Below, piece by piece: positions 22,454-32,128 of a stretch of 64,000 bases of DNA. Below the pieces are notes generated by a model that was given only the letters and a program-made list of their open reading frames with translations, made no database searches and was not told the origin of the DNA. The first letter of the stretch is position 1, and each line of letters starts with the position of its first letter. Source of the stretch: an uncultured candidate division Zixibacteria bacterium (GTDB taxonomy: Bacteria > Zixibacteria > MSB-5A5 > GN15 > FEB-12). Made by a program: the position numbers and the translations under genes. The DNA is taken from assembly GCA_963806185.1 (NCBI GenBank), contig CAWDXE010000006.1, forward strand, positions 175,024-239,023, given 5' to 3'.

Positions 22454-23626
22454 CTATGGACACTCGCAGGGACCGGGCCCAAACAGGAACATATAGGTAA
22501 TGAGTCGGGTCAGGTCGCCGATATCGATGCCCGGACTGCAGTCCATGTCGGCCGTTCCCGCCGGAGGTTCATCGCCGAACAAGAACATGAACGTAATGAG
22601 GGCGGTGAGGTCACCGATGTCGACGTTGACGGGAAACTGACCGTCGACGTTGCCGCATTGTCCACCCAACACCGTGAGGGAGCCGGGAATAAGTTTCGTC
22701 TTTACCGTATCGAGGATCGGCACCGTATCCAGGACGATCCAGACCGAATCATACGGATCACCTTTGGGTACCTTGGTATAGTGTAAGCAGACCGGGCCGG
22801 CCCAGGAATCACAATGATAGTAATTGGTGTCGGTGACCACCTTGGTAGTAAGGCCGATAGCGGTGCCGTTGGGGCGCGAGAAACTGAAGTGTTCGAGGAA
22901 GCCCTGCGGGATGATGTTGACCGTCCGATCGGAAGCGGTATCGGCGACGGTTTTGATATCGCCCAGCAGGCGGAAGAGCACGCCGCCCTGTTGCGGGGCA
23001 ATTCCCTTTTTCACGCCCGGGACATTGTAGGCGTCGGCCGTGGCAGTCACTTTTACGTCGTATCCGGTCTCGGTAATAGAACGTGTCTGGACATATTGCC
23101 AGCCGCGCATCAGCGTGCCGGCCGTATCGATGTTACCAGTGGCGACGGTGTCGATTTTGACGTACGTGCGCTGGGCCGTCCAGATATAGCGGCGTTCACC
23201 CAGAACTGAGTCAACACGAATGGAGTCGGTGCAGGTCGTGTTGAACGAACCGGCCGTACATTTGAAGTACATCGTATCGATTGCTTTGTTCAAGCCGATT
23301 GAGTCGGAGCAGTTCGGGAAAGCGCCATGACCGGGAAGGCAAGCCCACCACGTCGTGTCGTGGACCACCACGTCGTTGGTCTGGAAGATCAGTATATCGG
23401 GACTGCTGAGCTGGAGCCAAAGTTCGAAAGCGGCGACGGTGTCCACGAAGTTATCCAGGTAAACGGTAATCACGGAATTGATTTCATCCGAGTTACCGGT
23501 GGTATCACCTACTTGCACCCGCAGACTGGGAATCGCCTGGGGCGAAGCAGGGAAAATAAACAATGTCAGGATAAGAGCTACCGCCAGCGCCAGAGAGAAG
23601 CGCGCGAGCTGCGACCGAAACGGCAT
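22454..23626 (-). CDS. Secreted Cys-rich protein with cohesin-like N-terminal part and C-terminal dockerin
   Basis: Start ATG 23626 with GGAGG RBS; signal peptide; CGNVDGQFPVNVDIGDLTALITFMF / ADMDCSPGIDIGDLTRLITYMF. Confidence 0.85.
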   Translation of the reverse strand: MPFRSQLARFSLALAVALILTLFIFPASPQAIPSLRVQVGDTTGNSDEINSVITVYLDNFVDTVAAFELWLQLSSPDILIFQTNDVVVHDTTWWACLPGHGAFPNCSDSIGLNKAIDTMYFKCTAGSFNTTCTDSIRVDSVLGERRYIWTAQRTYVKIDTVATGNIDTAGTLMRGWQYVQTRSITETGYDVKVTATADAYNVPGVKKGIAPQQGGVLFRLLGDIKTVADTASDRTVNIIPQGFLEHFSFSRPNGTAIGLTTKVVTDTNYYHCDSWAGPVCLHYTKVPKGDPYDSVWIVLDTVPILDTVKTKLIPGSLTVLGGQCGNVDGQFPVNVDIGDLTALITFMFLFGDEPPAGTADMDCSPGIDIGDLTRLITYMFLFGPGPCECP

Positions 23627-23951
23627 ACCGACCTCCTTACACAGAGTTGACCAACGCACGTGAGTGCTGTCCGTGACGTCCGCGAGCGAGGAACGCTCGT
23701 GACCGACATACAGACGACAATACCCGACCGAGTCAGACATCATCTCTGTTCGGACTATTACCTATGCTTTCGTCGTTAACGGTAGCTTTGCGAAAGTAAC
23801 CTGTTTGTACATCTCGGGCGACCCCCACAGTCGACCAGAGACTTGAAGTACTAATTCTGACAGCTTCGCACGGAATGTGTTGGTTGCGCGGTCGAGCCTA
23901 TGCCGTACTAACGCAATTCTTTCTGAGTGTCACCACCTATCATCCGCGCTC

Positions 23952-23980
23952 AATATAGGCCGACCCACGGTATCTGTCAA
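23952..23980 (-). promoter_or_regulatory. sigma70-type promoter
   Basis: TTGACA-17 bp-TATATT on minus strand upstream of the cohesin/dockerin locus. Confidence 0.65.
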
Positions 23981-24485
23981 TACAAATTCTTCAGATTTTT
24001 ACCCATGGATCGCCAAATCACCTTCGTGACGCCGCGCAGTGAGGGGAAGTCCCCATAGGTTATATCATGGATGCATAAAACCAATTTTGTGGACGACTCC
24101 CGACCGTCTGGCGCTGCTCCGTTACCGATGTTTACCCTACTATTAATATTATATGACGACACAATCTCCTCCCGGCTTAACCTGCCAACCGCGTGGGCAT
24201 GCCGCGCCGGAGTACTGCTCCGGGCGCGGCGTTACCGATGGGGCATGGTGCTCCGGAGCATACACCGGAGCATCACACCATGAACGATCAACGCCGTGGA
24301 GTAATCGCATAACCTGAATAATCTTAACGGAATCAGATCGATCCAGACCTGGCGTGCTCCCGCAATTCCGCCCGGAAAGACAGCGAGCTCAGGTAAGGTG
24401 AAGTCGAATGTTTTGTGTTGACGGTTCCGGGGAGTTGGATTACCGTGCTCAAGACAAGATTTTCTACGAAAATAGAGGACATACT

Positions 24486-25385
24486 GTGAGGATTTCCCGT
24501 CAGACCCGAGAGATCATTAATATAGTGGTGGCGGTGGTTGTGGTCGCCCTGATACTATTCTACTACGTTGTTTATCCTCTTAATAAAGCGAAAACGTATT
24601 GGGCGCGTGCCGATTCCGGCGCGACGGTCACCAATGAGGCCAACGATCCAACACCTTTTCAATCGGCGGGGTCAACTATCGATACGTTTCGACTGGATGT
24701 CGACGCGAAGACCAAGTTGGCCGGATTGTATGCCGTCCCGCCAAAGGACAGCATCGGGGTGAAGGGAACGGTGTTGCTGATGCACGGCAATCGCGGTGAT
24801 CGGAGTTTGCTGGCGAGCCTGGCCAAGGCGTTGCTCGATTCCGGCTATATCGTCGCGGGTTACGATCAGCGGGCCAGCGGGAAGTCGACGGGTGAGTACC
24901 ATGGCGACGGCCAACTGGAGGCGGCCGATATGGAGGCCGTGATTGCGTATCTTGATATCCGCGGGAAGATCATCCATCCATTTTTCGTGGCCGGCTATGA
25001 GACAGGAGCGGATGCCGCCATTTTGGCGGCGCGGGAAGAGACACGGATCGATCGAATTGTGGCTGTGGCGCCATATCTATCGACGCGCGCCTTGGTTACG
25101 GCGATGTACAAAGCAGACAGCCCGCTCTGGTTCCCCTTCCATGAATCAACGCTCTGGTGGTGGTACACGGTACGGTCGGGGTATGCGACCACATATCTGG
25201 AAGCAGACAACGTGGGCCGGGCGACGGTTCCGACAACGGTGCTGGTGCCGGCCGCGCGAGCCGGTTCCGAGGAAGTGAAGCGGTTCGATGAGATGTCGAC
25301 CGACATGGTGGTTACCATTGTACCATTGGCGGCCGACAGCGCGGCGGCACAGCTGCAGGTGATATCGAGTATACTTCAGAAGTAA
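24486..25385 (+). CDS. Membrane-anchored alpha/beta-hydrolase-fold protein, nucleophile motif degenerate
   Basis: Likely GTG 24486 after GAGGA; N-terminal TM; GTVLLMHG and GYDQRASGKSTG motifs; GYETG where GxSxG is expected. Confidence 0.75.
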   Translation: MRISRQTREIINIVVAVVVVALILFYYVVYPLNKAKTYWARADSGATVTNEANDPTPFQSAGSTIDTFRLDVDAKTKLAGLYAVPPKDSIGVKGTVLLMHGNRGDRSLLASLAKALLDSGYIVAGYDQRASGKSTGEYHGDGQLEAADMEAVIAYLDIRGKIIHPFFVAGYETGADAAILAAREETRIDRIVAVAPYLSTRALVTAMYKADSPLWFPFHESTLWWWYTVRSGYATTYLEADNVGRATVPTTVLVPAARAGSEEVKRFDEMSTDMVVTIVPLAADSAAAQLQVISSILQK

Positions 25386-25422
25386 GGGAACGAGTCAACC
25401 GCTCATTCAGTTTAAGTCATCG

Positions 25423-25752
25423 ATGCCTGTAAAGCGTTCCATATCAATGATGCTGGCCATCTGGCTCGGCCTGTTCATGGCTGTGCTCATGCCCCTGCAT
25501 GCGAATTCGCATTGCCATGGGACGGCGATTTCGTCCGTGACTGCGTCGGTCTCGGAACCGTACGGGGGCATCCTCGACCACCCGGATCTCTGCTCAATCT
25601 GCAAGGCGCTGTCGCATTTGGCTGCAGTGAGTTGGCAGGGTGGGACGATCGAGGTCCACCGGACCCCGATCATCGCGTCGGCCGAGCAGGTATCGCTGCC
25701 GCGTTCACTCGACATTCATTCGCTCTCTCCCCGTTCGCCACCGCTCGTCTGA
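25423..25752 (+). CDS. DUF2946-like small protein (hydrophobic N-terminus, CxxC, C-terminal RSPP)
   Basis: MMLAIWLGLFMAVLMPLH...HSHCH...CSICK...SPRSPPLV, directly upstream of a metal-uptake operon. Confidence 0.7.
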   Translation: MPVKRSISMMLAIWLGLFMAVLMPLHANSHCHGTAISSVTASVSEPYGGILDHPDLCSICKALSHLAAVSWQGGTIEVHRTPIIASAEQVSLPRSLDIHSLSPRSPPLV

Positions 25753-25828
25753 GCGGGGCTGATTTTCTTCATCCAACACTAATCAATGACTGTGGTCGCC
25801 ATGGGCGATCGACGGCAAAGGAGAGAGT

Positions 25829-27037
25829 ATGCAGAAATACGTTCTGTGTGCTCTGCTGGCCTGTGTATTGGCAGGTTCGGCGGAGGCACTGGTCCAACCG
25901 GACATATCGGCGATTGGAGATTTTCGCGCTTACACTGGAAACTGGAAGCTTGCCGATGGTTCCAAGACGGCGCGCAACGGCAATCTCAATATGTCGTTCG
26001 ACGAATTGGAGTTGGCGGTGAGCGGGTATCTGAACCCGTATGCCAAGGGGTGGGTGACGGTATCGTCGCCGGGAGACGGGTTTGAGATCGAAGAGGCGTA
26101 CGCGACTATCTTTAAGGGTTTGCCCCTCAAGAGCGAACTGAAAGCGGGTAAGTTCCTGGTCGACTTCGGCAAGTTGAATTCCAGTCATGCGCACGCCTAT
26201 CCGTTTATCGACCGGCCAATAGCTCATCGGGTGCTGTTGGGGGGTGATGGTTTCAAAGATCAAGGGATCAACTGGAATTTCCTGCTGCCAACGTCGTTTT
26301 ACAGCAAGGTCTCACTGAATGCGCTCAAGGGGGACATTTTCGCAGGTGAAGAAGCACCCGAGGATTCGCTGGCGGGACGGAACACCGAGCGGCCGATATT
26401 CAGCGTCAGGTGGAATGTCTTTGTGCCGATCGGCGCGAAGGGTGATCTGGACATGGGGGTGTCCGGACTGTACGGGCCATACAAAGGGCGAAATGCCTTT
26501 GGCACGGGGGATGAGGCGAACGGCTTTCGCAATCTGTACGCGACAATGGGGGCGGTCGACTTTAAATACAAGATTCGGTGGGATGATTACACATCGATGA
26601 TCATACAAGGGGAGATCATCACCAATCGCCGCGACGTGTTCACGGACAAATTCAAGACCAATTCAAATTACGGGGCGTTTGGCTTTGTCGATTACCGTTT
26701 TCGCAAGAGGTACAATGTCGGGGTGATGTTTGACCGCGCGCCGGGAATCTATGACAACACCGACGACGATTACGAGCAGACTGTCGCCGAGGATGCGAGC
26801 AACACACCGCTGGCGGCGTTCGACACGAGAAATTCGACCACGGCTTTCACGCTGTTTACCGGTTTCTCACTTATGGAGGAGACGACGCTCTTTCGCCTGA
26901 TGGGGCAGTGGAAGCAATACCACATTTCCGACTCCAATCAACTTGTCGACCCGGCGGTGACAAGCAAAAATGGTGAGTTTACGCTGGTGTTGCAGATGAT
27001 CTGGTCACTGGGGCCGCACAAACCGCACGAATTTTAG
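25829..27037 (+). CDS. Outer-membrane beta-barrel protein linked to metal uptake
   Basis: Signal peptide; PDISAIGDF, ELELAVSGYLNPY, IEEAY, KAGKFLVDFGKLN..HAH; ends LGPHKPHEF. Confidence 0.75.
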   Translation: MQKYVLCALLACVLAGSAEALVQPDISAIGDFRAYTGNWKLADGSKTARNGNLNMSFDELELAVSGYLNPYAKGWVTVSSPGDGFEIEEAYATIFKGLPLKSELKAGKFLVDFGKLNSSHAHAYPFIDRPIAHRVLLGGDGFKDQGINWNFLLPTSFYSKVSLNALKGDIFAGEEAPEDSLAGRNTERPIFSVRWNVFVPIGAKGDLDMGVSGLYGPYKGRNAFGTGDEANGFRNLYATMGAVDFKYKIRWDDYTSMIIQGEIITNRRDVFTDKFKTNSNYGAFGFVDYRFRKRYNVGVMFDRAPGIYDNTDDDYEQTVAEDASNTPLAAFDTRNSTTAFTLFTGFSLMEETTLFRLMGQWKQYHISDSNQLVDPAVTSKNGEFTLVLQMIWSLGPHKPHEF

Positions 27038-27051
27038 GAGAGAAAAGAGAT

Positions 27052-27942
27052 ATGAAGCACTTCATAGCAGTTGTCGGTCTACTGGTCGCCGCGGCTTTGC
27101 CGCTTCAGGCGAAGGTAACGGCGGTAGCCTCGAGTTCCGATCTGGCATCGATTGTGGCTGAGATCGGCGGGGACAAGGTCGAGGTATCGTCGATTGGTCA
27201 GGGGAAATCCAATCTGCACTTTGTGGAGATGTTGCCGAGCTACATGCTCAAGGCGTCAAAGGCCAACGTCTATTTCAAGATCGGCCTGTCGATGGATCAA
27301 TGGGCGGGCGGCATCATTGACGGCGCGCGCAACGACAAACTGGTGGTGGTCGATTGTTCGACCAACATACCGGTTCTGGAGAAACCGACCGGCAAGGTAG
27401 ATGCGTCGATGGGCGACGTGCATCCGGACGGCAACCCGCACTACTGGCTCGATCCGAGAAACGGGAAGGTGATCGCACAAAATGTGCTGGAGGGGCTGTC
27501 CAAGGCTGATCCCTCCAATGCGGCGCAGTACAAGGCGAATTATGATTCATTCACGGCACGGCTCGACTCAGCCTGGCAGGTCTGGTCGGGCAGAGCGGCA
27601 ACGTTGAAGGGGATGCAGATTGTCAGTTACCACAGCACGTTTGTCTATTTCGCCAATGCGTTTGGGATTGACGTGATCGGGTATGTGGAGCCGAAGCCGG
27701 GAATCGAGCCGACGCCGTCGCATACGTCGGAACTGATCGATATGATGAAACAGCGCAACGTGAAAGTGATTTTCCGCGAGCCGTACTACTCGGAGCGGGC
27801 GCCCAACGCGATAGCGAAAGAGACGGGAGCGACCGTATGTACGGCGCCGTCGTCGGTGGGTGGCACGGAAACCGCGAAGGATTACTTTTCACTGTTTGAC
27901 ACCCTAATCGGCCTTTTGATGAATGCGAGTGGCAAGTCATGA
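27052..27942 (+). CDS. Zn/Mn ABC transporter substrate-binding protein (ZnuA/TroA family)
   Basis: GDVHPDGNPHYWLDP, YHSTF, EPKPGIEPTPSH motifs. Confidence 0.9.
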   Translation: MKHFIAVVGLLVAAALPLQAKVTAVASSSDLASIVAEIGGDKVEVSSIGQGKSNLHFVEMLPSYMLKASKANVYFKIGLSMDQWAGGIIDGARNDKLVVVDCSTNIPVLEKPTGKVDASMGDVHPDGNPHYWLDPRNGKVIAQNVLEGLSKADPSNAAQYKANYDSFTARLDSAWQVWSGRAATLKGMQIVSYHSTFVYFANAFGIDVIGYVEPKPGIEPTPSHTSELIDMMKQRNVKVIFREPYYSERAPNAIAKETGATVCTAPSSVGGTETAKDYFSLFDTLIGLLMNASGKS

Positions 27943-28766
27943 TGGAATTACTGCAGCAGCCGTTTGTCCAGATCGGGATCATGGTCAGTCTGATATTGGC
28001 GGGGATCCATGCTTATCTCGGTTTTCACGTTGTCAGTCGGGGAGTGATCTTTGTCGATCTCTCCCTTGCCCAGGCGGCGGCGTTTGGGTATGTGGTGGCG
28101 ATTTTCGCCGGAGTGGGCGAGCATTCGGTGGCCGCTTACTTCATTTCGCTGACCTTTACGATGATCGGGGCGTTTTTGGTCTCGGTGAGCCGGACCAAGG
28201 ACGACCGGATACCGCACGAGGCATTTATCGGCATCATTTACGCCGGGTTTGCGGCGCTGGCAATCCTGTTTCTGGCGCACCGTGCTGAGGGAATGGAGGT
28301 GGTACAGGAGATCACCAACGGTTCGATTCTGACCTGCACCTGGGGGGAGCTGCTGACGATAGCCTCGCTCTATACCGGAGTGGGGTTGTTTCATTATATC
28401 TTTCGGAAGAAGTTCTTCCTCATCTCGGAAAACCGGAAGAATGCGGCGGCAAGCGGTGTGCGCACGACGCTCTGGGATTTCCTGTTTTACGCCACATTTG
28501 GGGTGGTGGTGACTTCGTCGGTGCATATCGCCGGGGTCCTGCTCGTCTTTTCGATTCTCGTGATTCCGCCGGTGATAGCGCTCCTGTTTACCCCGTCGAA
28601 GGGGAAGCGGTTGGCGATCGGGTGGTCGATAGCGGCGGTTGGGTCGGTGGTGGGAATTTTGCTATCGCTCACCTACGATTTGCCGACCGGACCCAGTATA
28701 ATGGTGGCTCTCATCGGGTTGCTGCTCCTGGCCGGGGTGGGAAATAAGATAGTTGTCCGTGTATAG
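27939..28766 (+). CDS. Metal ABC transporter permease (ZnuB/ABC-3 family)
   Basis: Multi-TM; HAYLGFHVVSRGVIFVDLSLAQ, AGVLLVFSILVIP, DLPTGP; ATGA overlap with SBP gene. Confidence 0.88.
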   Translation: MMELLQQPFVQIGIMVSLILAGIHAYLGFHVVSRGVIFVDLSLAQAAAFGYVVAIFAGVGEHSVAAYFISLTFTMIGAFLVSVSRTKDDRIPHEAFIGIIYAGFAALAILFLAHRAEGMEVVQEITNGSILTCTWGELLTIASLYTGVGLFHYIFRKKFFLISENRKNAAASGVRTTLWDFLFYATFGVVVTSSVHIAGVLLVFSILVIPPVIALLFTPSKGKRLAIGWSIAAVGSVVGILLSLTYDLPTGPSIMVALIGLLLLAGVGNKIVVRV

Positions 28767-28831
28767 GCACCTTGCCTTCGGGTCGGCGTTACATATATTC
28801 CCAGTCCGACCATAAGGAGATTACTAATATC

Positions 28832-30020
28832 ATGAGCGCGCTACAGTTGGCTGATAATGTCTGGTGGGTCGGGGTCAAGGACCCCGGGCTGCGGACATTT
28901 GACATTTACATGGAAACCAAACACGGCACCACCTACAACGCCTACCTCGTCAAGGGGTCGCAGGGGGTGGCGCTGATCGACACGGTGAAGAAGGAGTTTT
29001 CCGACGAGTACTTTGCCACTATCGAGTCACTGGTCGGGTACGACAAGATTACCCACCTGATTATCAACCATACCGAGCCGGACCACAGCGGCGCCATCAC
29101 GGCACTTCTGGAGAAGAATCCAAATATCAAGCTGGTCTGCGCTCCGCCGGCGATGCCGTTCGTGAAGGCGGTCATCAACAAGGACCTGCCGCTGACGGCG
29201 GTGAAGGACAACGAGACGATCGATTTGGGCGGCAAGAAACTGATCTTCAAGAACACGCCGTACATGCACTGGCCCGACACGATGATGGAATTTCTTGAGG
29301 AAGATGGGATCCTGTTTTCGTGCGACGGTTTTGCGGCACACGTGGCGGACAAGTCGCTATGGGCCGACGAGGTGAAGGCGGACCTGAAGTTTGAATTCAA
29401 GCATTATTTTGACGCGATCATGCGGCCGTTCACCGGTTACATCCGGCGCGACCTGCCAAAGCTCGACGGACTGGATATCAGGATGATCGCGACCTCGCAC
29501 GGGCCGATTCACCGGAAGAACTGCCGCGAGGTGATCAAGCAGTATGCTGACTGGTGTGTCGACAAAACGGAAGCGGCCAACCAGGTGACGATTTTTTATG
29601 CCTCCAACTACGGCAACACCAAAAAGCTGGCCGAGCTGGTGTCGGGCGAATTGCAGAAGGCCGGGTTTCACGGTCGCTTTGGTTGATGCCGAGGTAGCAC
29701 AGCCCGATCATGTCAAGGACCTGATTGAAATCAGCAAAGGGGTGCTGTTTGCCACGCCGACCTTCAATGGCGACGCGGTCAAACCGATCTGGGACGTGGT
29801 CAGCATGATTTCCACGGTCTACTCACTCGGCAAGAAATCGGCGGTGTTTGGCTCGTACGGTTGGGGAGGCGAGGGGATCAAACTGGTCGCGGACCGTCTG
29901 GCCGGCCTCAAGATGAAAGTCCTCGAGGAGCAGTACCGGGCGCGGCTGATACCATCGGATACCGAGCTGGCCGAGGTGGTCGAATACGGCAAACGAGTGG
30001 CGGCATTTATCAAAGGGTAG
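28832..30020 (+). CDS. fprA: Flavodiiron protein (A-type flavoprotein); one frameshift at ~29667
   Basis: GTTYNAYL, HTEPDHSG, HWPD, SHG, flavodoxin YASNYGNT / FGSYGWGGEG; removing one T from TTT 29666-29668 joins the two ORFs. Confidence 0.9.
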
Positions 30021-30044
30021 ACACCCGCACGAATGAGCAACGGG

Positions 30045-30078
30045 GCCGGCGGACCAAAGGGTTCGCCGGCTTTTCTTT
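30045..30078 (+). terminator. Rho-independent terminator
   Basis: GCCGGCGGACC-loop-GGTTCGCCGGC followed by TTTTCTTT. Confidence 0.8.
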
Positions 30079-30132
30079 ATCGTCTCGCGAAATGCGCTTG
30101 AGTCCGACGATTGTGTGAGTGTATCATGGGGC

Positions 30133-30789
30133 ATGTCGTACCGCTCGAAACTAATCATCACCATTCTCTTCGCGATCGCCATGGCCTATTTCGAGGCAGC
30201 GGTGGTCGTCTATCTGCGGGCGCTCTTCTATCCCGAAGGGTTCTCTGTCATTGTCAAGAATCTGCCTGCTCCGTATGTGAAGGTCGAGCTGTGGCGGGAA
30301 GCCGTGACAATTATTATGCTATTCCTGGTGGCATGGCTGGCGGGACGGCGGGGGTGGGAGCGATTTGGGTATTTCGCCATTTTGTTCGGCGTCTGGGATA
30401 TTTTCTACTATGTCTGGCTAAATGTGGCGATAGGGTGGCCGTCGACTCTGACGGACTGGGACATTCTCTTCCTGCTTCCGGTGCCGTGGGTGGGGCCGGT
30501 GATCGCGCCGGTGGCGGTGTCGATACTGCTGATTATTACCGGGATTGTGTTTACTCGTCGGTTTGCGCGCGAACGGCGGATTCATCCGCCGCTGGCGACC
30601 TGGATTATGGCGCTCGTGGCGACGGGGGTCATACTCTACTCGTTCATGCGCGACGCGGGAAGGGTGACACACGGGCAAATGCCGGAGCCGTACGCATTCT
30701 GGGCCTTGGGGCTGGGGTTGCTGCTCTATATATGGGCGCTGGTGTTGGCGGTGCGGAAGCATGATGGCCGGTCGGGGTGGCGGGGGTAG
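30133..30789 (+). CDS. Hypothetical integral membrane protein
   Basis: Multi-TM; AMAYFEAAVVVYLR, ELWREAVT, FGVWDIFYY, WDILFLLPVPWVGPV look like conserved blocks. Confidence 0.75.
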   Translation: MSYRSKLIITILFAIAMAYFEAAVVVYLRALFYPEGFSVIVKNLPAPYVKVELWREAVTIIMLFLVAWLAGRRGWERFGYFAILFGVWDIFYYVWLNVAIGWPSTLTDWDILFLLPVPWVGPVIAPVAVSILLIITGIVFTRRFARERRIHPPLATWIMALVATGVILYSFMRDAGRVTHGQMPEPYAFWALGLGLLLYIWALVLAVRKHDGRSGWRG

Positions 30790-30918
30790 TCCTGTGGCCC
30801 GCCCATCGGGTGGGGTACGGTGTCCGCGCCGGAAAGACAATTCAAAAATCTCTATCCTGTTTTGGCACAAGGTAATCGCGAAGACGCGCGATGCATTGGG
30901 GCCTCAAACTAGCACATC

Positions 30919-30939
30919 CACTGACAGATTCTGTCAGTG
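30919..30939. promoter_or_regulatory. Perfect palindromic operator-like site CACTGACAGA-T-TCTGTCAGTG
   Basis: 10-bp inverted repeat ~30 bp upstream of a TTGACA (30968); conserved at 51555-51573. Confidence 0.55.
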
Positions 30940-31034
30940 ATCGACCGGACTATCCACAAAATATCTCTTGACAAAGACGTGGACTCGCATTAGGGATGTA
31001 GTTGTCATCGTCTTCGCGACGATGGGGAGGTTTC

Positions 31035-32111
31035 ATGACATCAAAGTGGCGAAAGCTATCACGGGCCGCGATCCCGCTCTGTTGGGTGGCGGTTGCCGTT
31101 TGGTTGGCGGGGTGTGATGATGATTTCGTCGTGCCTCCAGTGGGGCCGGAACCGGCTCACTTGTACTTCTTTGAAGGGAGCTACAACGATCAGATATTTC
31201 TGTTTGACCCGGTCGCCCTCAGTCTCGACTCGTTCATCCTTCCCGTGCTGGCACGCTGGGATATACGTGTGTCTCCCGATGAAAAGACACTCTACGTACC
31301 AAACGACGAGGGTCTGCATGTCATCGATCTTGCATCACGTCAAATGACGCAGACGCTCCCGTTTCTCGGATTCTGGCGGGTTGCTGTTTCGCCCGACGGT
31401 GCCTTTCTGGCCGTATTGGGCGACAGCCTGTTAGTCGTGCGAACCAGTGATTACTCGATCATTTACTCTGACACCAATTCGGCCGTCTGGTGGGACCAGG
31501 GTCGGTTCAGCAGGGACAGCAAGCACTTTTTCTGCGCGAAGTTGTATTACTCACCTCCTGGACCACGGGCCTACGGTTCCGCTTTTCATTTGGACCTGAG
31601 GAAGAGGCCTTATCGCACCTCGGAGCGGGAACGCCCGGAAGGCGCCGTCCGCATGGTCGTGCCTTCGCCGCGCCTTGATCGATGGCTGCTTATCATCGGC
31701 GGCGGCCGGTTTGCCGTGCTGGATACTCTGGGTGATTCGCTGATTTATGACGAAACGCTGCCGGGTCCGGCAGGTGCAGTGGTCGTGACTCCGGACGGCA
31801 GGAGAGTCGTCTATTCGTATCCCGGCAATCTCGGCTATCCGACTCAAGCGCATTCTTTCCGCATATATGATCTCTGTAGCAATCAGCGCGTAATGGAAGT
31901 TGAAACCTGGTTTGTCCGATCGGACAGCACGGTCGATTTCTTTCAACCATCATCTATCGTTTTCACCAGCGATGGAGATCACATGTACTGCACCGGGTTC
32001 CTGAACGAGACAGGCTTTCTCATATTCGATGCGCGGACATTCGAGCAGGTATCGCAATTCGATTTCACACCGCGCCAGGCGGGATCACTTACTACCGTCG
32101 GCGTGCAATAA
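31035..32111 (+). CDS. Beta-propeller (YncE/YVTN-like) lipoprotein
   Basis: ATG 31035 with GGAGG; lipobox WLAGC; repeated VSPDE/VSPDG/VTPDG/FTSDG blade motifs. Confidence 0.8.
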   Translation: MTSKWRKLSRAAIPLCWVAVAVWLAGCDDDFVVPPVGPEPAHLYFFEGSYNDQIFLFDPVALSLDSFILPVLARWDIRVSPDEKTLYVPNDEGLHVIDLASRQMTQTLPFLGFWRVAVSPDGAFLAVLGDSLLVVRTSDYSIIYSDTNSAVWWDQGRFSRDSKHFFCAKLYYSPPGPRAYGSAFHLDLRKRPYRTSERERPEGAVRMVVPSPRLDRWLLIIGGGRFAVLDTLGDSLIYDETLPGPAGAVVVTPDGRRVVYSYPGNLGYPTQAHSFRIYDLCSNQRVMEVETWFVRSDSTVDFFQPSSIVFTSDGDHMYCTGFLNETGFLIFDARTFEQVSQFDFTPRQAGSLTTVGVQ

Positions 32112-32128
32112 GTAACTGGGAGGGGATT

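Noticed and set aside
24200..24282. GC-rich hairpins with repeated CCGGAG/CTCCGG
   Set aside because: Single locus, no U tract or known family; function unsupported
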